Shown here: one piece after another, positions 59,079 to 64,000 of the stretch | Layout of the letters: each line of letters starts with the position of its first letter | How positions within the stretch are numbered: position 1 is the first letter of the stretch | Translations under genes and position numbers: made by a program | The notes under the pieces: generated by a model | Database searches by the model: none | What the model was told of the DNA's origin: nothing | The model's input: the letters and a program-made list of their open reading frames with translations, nothing else | DNA from: an uncultured Gammaproteobacteria bacterium | GTDB lineage: Bacteria > Pseudomonadota > Gammaproteobacteria > Pseudomonadales > Pseudohongiellaceae | Assembly: GCA_913054495.1 (NCBI GenBank) | Contig: CAJXIY010000003.1 | Span: 471-64,470 of the forward strand | Length of the DNA: 64,000 bases | Direction of reading: 5' to 3'

Positions 59079-60038
59079 ATGTTATCCAGAGTCGCAGAAC
59101 GGGTTTACTGGCAGGCGCGCTACCTGGAGCGGGCAGAAAATACCGCGCGCATGCTCAATGTGTTTTCCACCTTGTTGCTCGACTTGCCTCCCAGGACCAA
59201 GCTGGGGTGGCATTCCCTAGTAGAAATTACCGGCACCTACCAGGCATTCGACGCAAAATACAAACAGGCGAGCGAACGCAATGTGATGCGTTTCCTGCTG
59301 GTGGACAATAACGGCCACTCCGTCCTCGATATGTTGGCCCAGACCCGGGAAAATGCCCGCACTACCCGTGAGATAATGCCCACAGAGGCCTTCGAGCAGA
59401 TCAACAATCTGTATTATTTCGCGAAGGAGAATGCTGCTTCTGGAGTCGCAAGAGGGCCACGGCATGAGTTGCTCGAAGAGATAATATCGAGCTGTCAGCA
59501 AATTTCCGGTCTCATGGCTGGCACCATGAGCCGGGGTGAGGCCTATTGTTTTATCCGTCTGGGCAGGTCCCTGGAGCGGGCCGACATGACCACAAGAATA
59601 GTCGACGTTGGCTCCGGCAATCTGTTGCCGGCACTGGGCAGGGCGGATAGCAACGAGGATGCTGCGGCAGATGTACACGAACCCTATGCCAGTACGCTGT
59701 GGATGAATATCCTGCGCTCACTCAGTGCCTATCAAATGTACAGGCAACATGTTAAGCATCGAGTGAACGCGGTAGATGTTGTTGCATATCTGTTACAGGA
59801 CGAGGAATTTCCACGCGCAACCACCCATGCCTTAATCACCCTGACCCATGTCCTGAAGAAACTCCCTAACAATACCAAAGTCGCGAAGCAGGTCGATAAG
59901 ACACTGCGGTTTGTGCAGAAAGGCAGGGTAGATTTACTACTGGATAATGGCCTGCTGAAATACATCGATGACTTGCAGATGGAAATCGCTTCGATTCACC
60001 AAAAAATTGCGGATACCTGGTTTCTACCTAATAAATAA
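59079..60038 (+). CDS. alpha-E domain protein (partner of circularly permuted ATP-grasp enzymes)
   Basis: 319 aa. N-terminal MLSRVAERVYWQARYLERAENTARML is the hallmark of the family. The start lies 3 nt after the ATP-grasp stop. Confidence 0.85.
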   Translation: MLSRVAERVYWQARYLERAENTARMLNVFSTLLLDLPPRTKLGWHSLVEITGTYQAFDAKYKQASERNVMRFLLVDNNGHSVLDMLAQTRENARTTREIMPTEAFEQINNLYYFAKENAASGVARGPRHELLEEIISSCQQISGLMAGTMSRGEAYCFIRLGRSLERADMTTRIVDVGSGNLLPALGRADSNEDAAADVHEPYASTLWMNILRSLSAYQMYRQHVKHRVNAVDVVAYLLQDEEFPRATTHALITLTHVLKKLPNNTKVAKQVDKTLRFVQKGRVDLLLDNGLLKYIDDLQMEIASIHQKIADTWFLPNK

Positions 60039-60085
60039 ACCGTAGTCATTTGTAAATCACAGGCTCCCTGGCTGAAACACGAGAC

Positions 60086-61084
60086 ATGAAAAATTTTACC
60101 TGCGATTGTGGTCAAATCTTGTTTTTCGAGAACCGGCACTGTCTGCAATGCGGCAAGCAGGTCGGTTTCGATCCGCTAACGTTGACCATGAGTTCAAACA
60201 TCTCCGGAGTTGTGGAGAATTTTTCTACGACATCGCACCGACTCTGTAAAAACTCTGCGGATTACAATGTCTGCAATTGGTTTGTCAGCGATCCCGCCGA
60301 CGCCTACTGCATTTCCTGCGAATTGAATCACACCATTCCCAACCTTATGCAGCCGGACCGTAGGCGCTGGTGGCGAAGCCTCGAGCATGCCAAACGCCGT
60401 CTGATTTATTCTTTACTGTCGCTGAAACTACCGGTAATAGGTAAACGCCGGGAACAAAGTGGTCTCGCGTTTGAATTCATCGAGGACAAGCGCACCAATC
60501 CGGGAGTGTTGGAGGAACACGTCAACACAGGACATAGAGATGGTCTCATTACCATCAATATCACCGAAGCAGATGATGTCAGGCGAGAGATAAGCAGGCA
60601 ATATACCGGCGAGTTATATCGAACCTTATTGGGCCATTTTCGCCATGAGAGTGGTCATTACTACTTCAACCGACTGGTGAAGTCGGACCCCACCATCGAA
60701 AAATTTCGGCAGCTGTTCGGTGACGAGACTGTAGACTATGCATCGGCACTGGAATACTACTACGCTAACAAATTGAATATCGATCGAGATCCCGACCTCA
60801 TCAGCCATTACGCGCAGTCACATCCACTGGAGGACTGGGCGGAAGTCTGGGCTCACTACCTGCACATGGTGGACACGCTGGAAACCGCGGCTGCATTTCA
60901 ATTGCGACAGGGCGCGGAACTGTTCGATGAATTTAATGAGAAGTTGGTGAAGTGGTCAAAATTGTCGATTATGTTGAACTCATTGAACCGGAGTATGGGC
61001 TTGGAGGATGCCTACCCTTTTGTATTGTCAGACCTGGCGCTCAAGAAACTTCGTTTTGTCCACGGCCTAATTTGTCCCAGTTAG
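60086..61084 (+). CDS. zinc-ribbon-fused putative zinc metallopeptidase
   Basis: 332 aa. N-terminal C-x-C...C-x-x-C ribbon (FTCDCG...HCLQCG). HExxH motif HESGHYY. Confidence 0.7.
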   Translation: MKNFTCDCGQILFFENRHCLQCGKQVGFDPLTLTMSSNISGVVENFSTTSHRLCKNSADYNVCNWFVSDPADAYCISCELNHTIPNLMQPDRRRWWRSLEHAKRRLIYSLLSLKLPVIGKRREQSGLAFEFIEDKRTNPGVLEEHVNTGHRDGLITINITEADDVRREISRQYTGELYRTLLGHFRHESGHYYFNRLVKSDPTIEKFRQLFGDETVDYASALEYYYANKLNIDRDPDLISHYAQSHPLEDWAEVWAHYLHMVDTLETAAAFQLRQGAELFDEFNEKLVKWSKLSIMLNSLNRSMGLEDAYPFVLSDLALKKLRFVHGLICPS

Positions 61085-61799
61085 CGGCCCATGCTATGGG
61101 CGGCATTTGCCGAAATGCTTCTTTCAGTCTTCTGTCCCACGTGCGGTTGAGGTCTCGCAGAAAATCGCTGTCGGCTTCAAAACGGTGCGGCGTATCCAAT
61201 GCCATACTATCGGTCTTATAGATGAGCGCCTCCACCGGTGGTCCCACACCCAGGTTGCTGCGCATGGTGGAATCCATGGAGACCAGGGCACACATGGCGC
61301 AGGTGTCAAGGTCTAAATCTGGGGTCAGAATCCGGTCCAGAATGGGCTTGCCATATTTGCTTTCGCCAATCTGCAGGTAGGGAGTATCGGCGGAACTGGT
61401 TATATGATTGCCCTCGGGATATACCAGCAGGATTTCATGTTTATTGTCTCGAACCTGACCGCCGATGATGAATGTGGCTTCGAATTTTTTGCCTTCGATG
61501 GTTCTTCTATCCTGCTGTTCACGACTCAGATCACCGATATAATCGGCGGCGTCTTCGACGCTGGGCATATTCAGCAGGTTGCGCGTCGCATTTTTCTTGA
61601 TGTCACTCTTGATCCTGGCGATGGTGGCTTGACTGGTGGCCAGATTGCCCGCAGTGAGAATGACGAATTGCTTGCGGCCATCGGCGCCGAAGCGAAACAT
61701 CTTGCTGTAGGTAGACACCTGGTCTATGCCAGCATTGGTGAGGGAGTCAGAGCAGAATACCAAGCCGGCATCCACCGATACTGCTACACAATACGTCAT
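61041..61799 (-). CDS. Anbu-type proteasome beta-subunit homologue (proteasome-type protease)
   Basis: The start is taken at ATG 61799, giving MTYCVAVSVDAGLVFCSDSLTNAG. Thr follows the initiator Met directly, as in Ntn-hydrolase Anbu proteins. The 3' end overlaps the convergent gene by 44 nt. Confidence 0.85.
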   Translation of the reverse strand: MTYCVAVSVDAGLVFCSDSLTNAGIDQVSTYSKMFRFGADGRKQFVILTAGNLATSQATIARIKSDIKKNATRNLLNMPSVEDAADYIGDLSREQQDRRTIEGKKFEATFIIGGQVRDNKHEILLVYPEGNHITSSADTPYLQIGESKYGKPILDRILTPDLDLDTCAMCALVSMDSTMRSNLGVGPPVEALIYKTDSMALDTPHRFEADSDFLRDLNRTWDRRLKEAFRQMPPIAWAANWDKLGRGQNEVS

Positions 61800-61979
61800 A
61801 TATTGAGTTTCTGATGTACCAGCGCCCAATCATACTAATTATGGGGATCGCTTAATAGAGACTATTGAGAATTTTTCAGATGTCCCTGCAACCCGCATGA
61901 ATAGTGGGCCGGATGGGAATGAGGAATTATAACCGGCAGCGGAAAAGCCTCGTTAACGACCCTGAGACTCGGCGCTGGG

Positions 61980-62222
61980 CTAGTCGTAGTCGTACTCGCG
62001 GGCGATGCGTTTACTGTCCAGACGCTCTTCGATGCGGCGACGCAGTTTGGTGAATTGGGATTTGTCGGCGAGGTGGTCCTCAGCCAGGTGATTGTGGGTT
62101 TCATTCACAGCCGGCGCTTCTTCGTCTGGCAGCAGGATAGCCGGGTCCATGAAATCCTGGGTGTTCTCTGCTATGTCATCCCATTTCCATTCTCTGGCAG
62201 AATTTTCCATCTGTTGTTCCAT
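61980..62222 (-). CDS. small acidic hypothetical protein
   Basis: The start is taken at ATG 62222, preceded by GGAGA; ATG 62249 is the alternative. The N-terminal half is acidic and the C-terminal tail basic (KLRRRIEERLDSKRIAREY). Confidence 0.45.
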   Translation of the reverse strand: MEQQMENSAREWKWDDIAENTQDFMDPAILLPDEEAPAVNETHNHLAEDHLADKSQFTKLRRRIEERLDSKRIAREYDYD

Positions 62223-62427
62223 GATGATTGTCTCCAATTTGATCGACATTGGGGAAATTCAAATAGGCATTAATTAGCTTATCGTTCGCTAGGCAGCGAT
62301 TCTTCAATATTATTTTCGACGGCTTGATCGCGTCATGGTGCGGTCACCGCGGCCGGGGAATTAACCGGGAAGCGGGGCATGGGCGGATAAGGTGAAAGTT
62401 GGAATTGCGGTAAGCGGGGGCGGGTAA

Positions 62428-64000
62428 CTAGCGGGAGCTGAGGCTGTCGATGGTTTCTTGCCGGAGCTGTTTCTTGGCAATTTTGCCGGCGGCGATACGG
62501 GGAAGTTGCTGATATTGGAAATAAAGCAATTCGGGAATTTTGAATCCGGCAATTTTTTCAGCCAGGAACTGTTTCAACTCTGGCGCTTCCAATTGGCTGT
62601 CTTCTCTTAGCATGATGCTGGCACAGAGCACTTCTCCCAGGCGCTCATCGGGAATGCCATAGACCGAAACTTCACTGACGGCGGGGTGTTCGGTGATCGC
62701 ATATTCGACTTCGGCGCAGCCGATATTTTCACCGCCGCGGATAACGATGTCCTTGGCCCGATCGAGGATGATGACGAATCCTAGTTCATCCAGCTTGCCG
62801 ATATCACCGGTATAGAACCAGCCATTCCTGATCACTTCGGCCGTGGCTTCCGGCTGATTCCAGTAGCCCTTCATGATCGTGGGTCCCTTGATGCAGATTT
62901 CCCCATCTTCCCCGGTTTCCAATTCCCTGCCGGCCTCATCATGGATAACCAAGGTTGTTACCGGAGGCGTCGGTCGACCCGTGCTATGGGGTCGTGATTC
63001 ATAGAATTTGCCGGAAATGATCGCGCCGATGGCATTGGTTTCGGTAAGGCCATAGCCCAGACCGGGGATGGCCTGGGCGGGAAACTTGCCCAGCATCATG
63101 CTCAGGTGTTCCGGCGGCCGCGGTGCGCCACCGCTCTGGACGCCTCGCAGACTGCGCAGGTCGGTGCTGTCAAATTTGTCGGATTGCATCACCTCCCAGG
63201 TTTGGGTTGGCACCCCGTGCAGCACCGAGATGCGCTCAGCCTCGATTAACTCCAGGGCCCGATCGGCATCCCACTTGTACATCATGACGAGCTTGCGCTG
63301 ATTGAGAAAACAGGCAAGAAATTGAGCGTGGCTGCCGGTGACATGAAACAGGGGCACATTGACCAGGATCGCGGGCGCGAATTCCGGATTTTCCTCCACC
63401 AGTTCAGGCCTCAGGATTTCGGTGACCTGTTTAACGAAGTACCAGGTATAGAGCGCGCTGACGATGTTGCGATGGCTGGAGAGTACACCCTTGGGATGGC
63501 CAGTTGAACCGGAGGTGTACATGATGGTGGCATTGTCCTCGGGCTCGACCTGCAAGGCGCTTATGCCTGCGGCAGACAGAGGTTCTACCGACTCGATCAG
63601 GCTATAGAATTCAGGGTAGGCAGAGGTGGCCGTCGGTTTGATGGTGATGACTTCGATATCGAGGTCATTCAAGTACGGGGATATCTGCTGGAGTCTGTCG
63701 GCATCGAGTAATACCAACTTACTGCCGCTGTCATCCAGTCCATATTTTATTTCTGGCCCCTTCCACCAGGAATTCATTGGTACTACCACGGCACCAACGG
63801 TGGTTATTGCCATGTAGCTGATACACCATTCGGGAGAATTGCGGGCACAGATCGCGACGCGGTCGCCCTTGTGGATGCCATATCTCTGCCTCAGGACCGC
63901 GGCGAGGCGAGCTGTCATATCCAGTGATTGGGCGAATGAAAATCGTTCTTCGCGGTAGACAAGGAAGGTGCGATCCGCGGCCTTTAAGCCAAGCTCGTAA
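62428..64000 (-). CDS. acyl-CoA synthetase / AMP-binding enzyme (5' end off the right edge)
   Basis: AMP-binding motif YTSGSTGHPKGV, plus WFYTGD and AGKIAKKQLR. The frame stays open upstream of Met 63918 (…ADRTFLVYREERFSFAQSLD) to the window end. Confidence 0.85.
   Translation of the reverse strand, partial: YELGLKAADRTFLVYREERFSFAQSLDMTARLAAVLRQRYGIHKGDRVAICARNSPEWCISYMAITTVGAVVVPMNSWWKGPEIKYGLDDSGSKLVLLDADRLQQISPYLNDLDIEVITIKPTATSAYPEFYSLIESVEPLSAAGISALQVEPEDNATIMYTSGSTGHPKGVLSSHRNIVSALYTWYFVKQVTEILRPELVEENPEFAPAILVNVPLFHVTGSHAQFLACFLNQRKLVMMYKWDADRALELIEAERISVLHGVPTQTWEVMQSDKFDSTDLRSLRGVQSGGAPRPPEHLSMMLGKFPAQAIPGLGYGLTETNAIGAIISGKFYESRPHSTGRPTPPVTTLVIHDEAGRELETGEDGEICIKGPTIMKGYWNQPEATAEVIRNGWFYTGDIGKLDELGFVIILDRAKDIVIRGGENIGCAEVEYAITEHPAVSEVSVYGIPDERLGEVLCASIMLREDSQLEAPELKQFLAEKIAGFKIPELLYFQYQQLPRIAAGKIAKKQLRQETIDSLSSR

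Overview
This 64-kb chromosomal window has mid-range GC by eye. Its gene content resembles an aquatic or marine Gammaproteobacterium-type genome, rich in exported redox and hydrolytic proteins. I can support about 55 protein-coding genes. I recognised no rRNA, tRNA, CRISPR array, transposase or integrase. The only DNA-binding regulator I recognised is the HipB-like antitoxin.

Gene order, left to right:
- a DUF1592-like/DUF1552-like pair plus a secreted ankyrin protein
- a decayed S9 peptidase remnant
- rarA, then a hipBA-like toxin-antitoxin module with palindromic operators
- an M14 carboxypeptidase, an OFA-type MFS transporter and a transglutaminase-like protein
- a CopA-type P-type ATPase
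- a serine hydrolase flanked by a 20-bp direct repeat
- a cupin and a cytochrome c-PQQ fusion dehydrogenase
- a 14-kb minus-strand block: carboxyltransferase, MFS, tannase/feruloyl esterase, crotonase, M20 amidohydrolase, CoA ligase, two GNATs, MarC, Asp/Glu racemase
- a D-Ala-D-Ala dipeptidase
- a four-gene module: TAXI binding protein, Cys-rich protein, diheme cytochrome, parallel beta-helix lipoprotein
- a periplasmic redox cluster: diheme cytochrome c, PQQ dehydrogenase, cytochrome c fused to a PHM-like copper monooxygenase, an unknown protein, a PAL-like NHL propeller
- small housekeeping-type genes
- a NucA-family homologue whose catalytic residues are substituted
- a circularly permuted ATP-grasp / alpha-E / zinc-ribbon metallopeptidase set, convergent with an Anbu-type proteasome homologue

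The most interesting candidates for undescribed biology are:
1. the PHM-like plus PAL-like neighbourhood (43.8-50.3 kb)
2. the Anbu-associated peptide-ligase/peptidase set (57.6-61.8 kb)
3. the beta-helix/diheme/Cys-rich/TAXI module (39.0-43.1 kb)
4. the catalytically substituted NucA homologue (54.1-55.0 kb)
5. a 93-nt element with a perfect 36-bp inverted repeat (4.6 kb)

All family assignments come from reading motifs by eye. None has been confirmed by a search.
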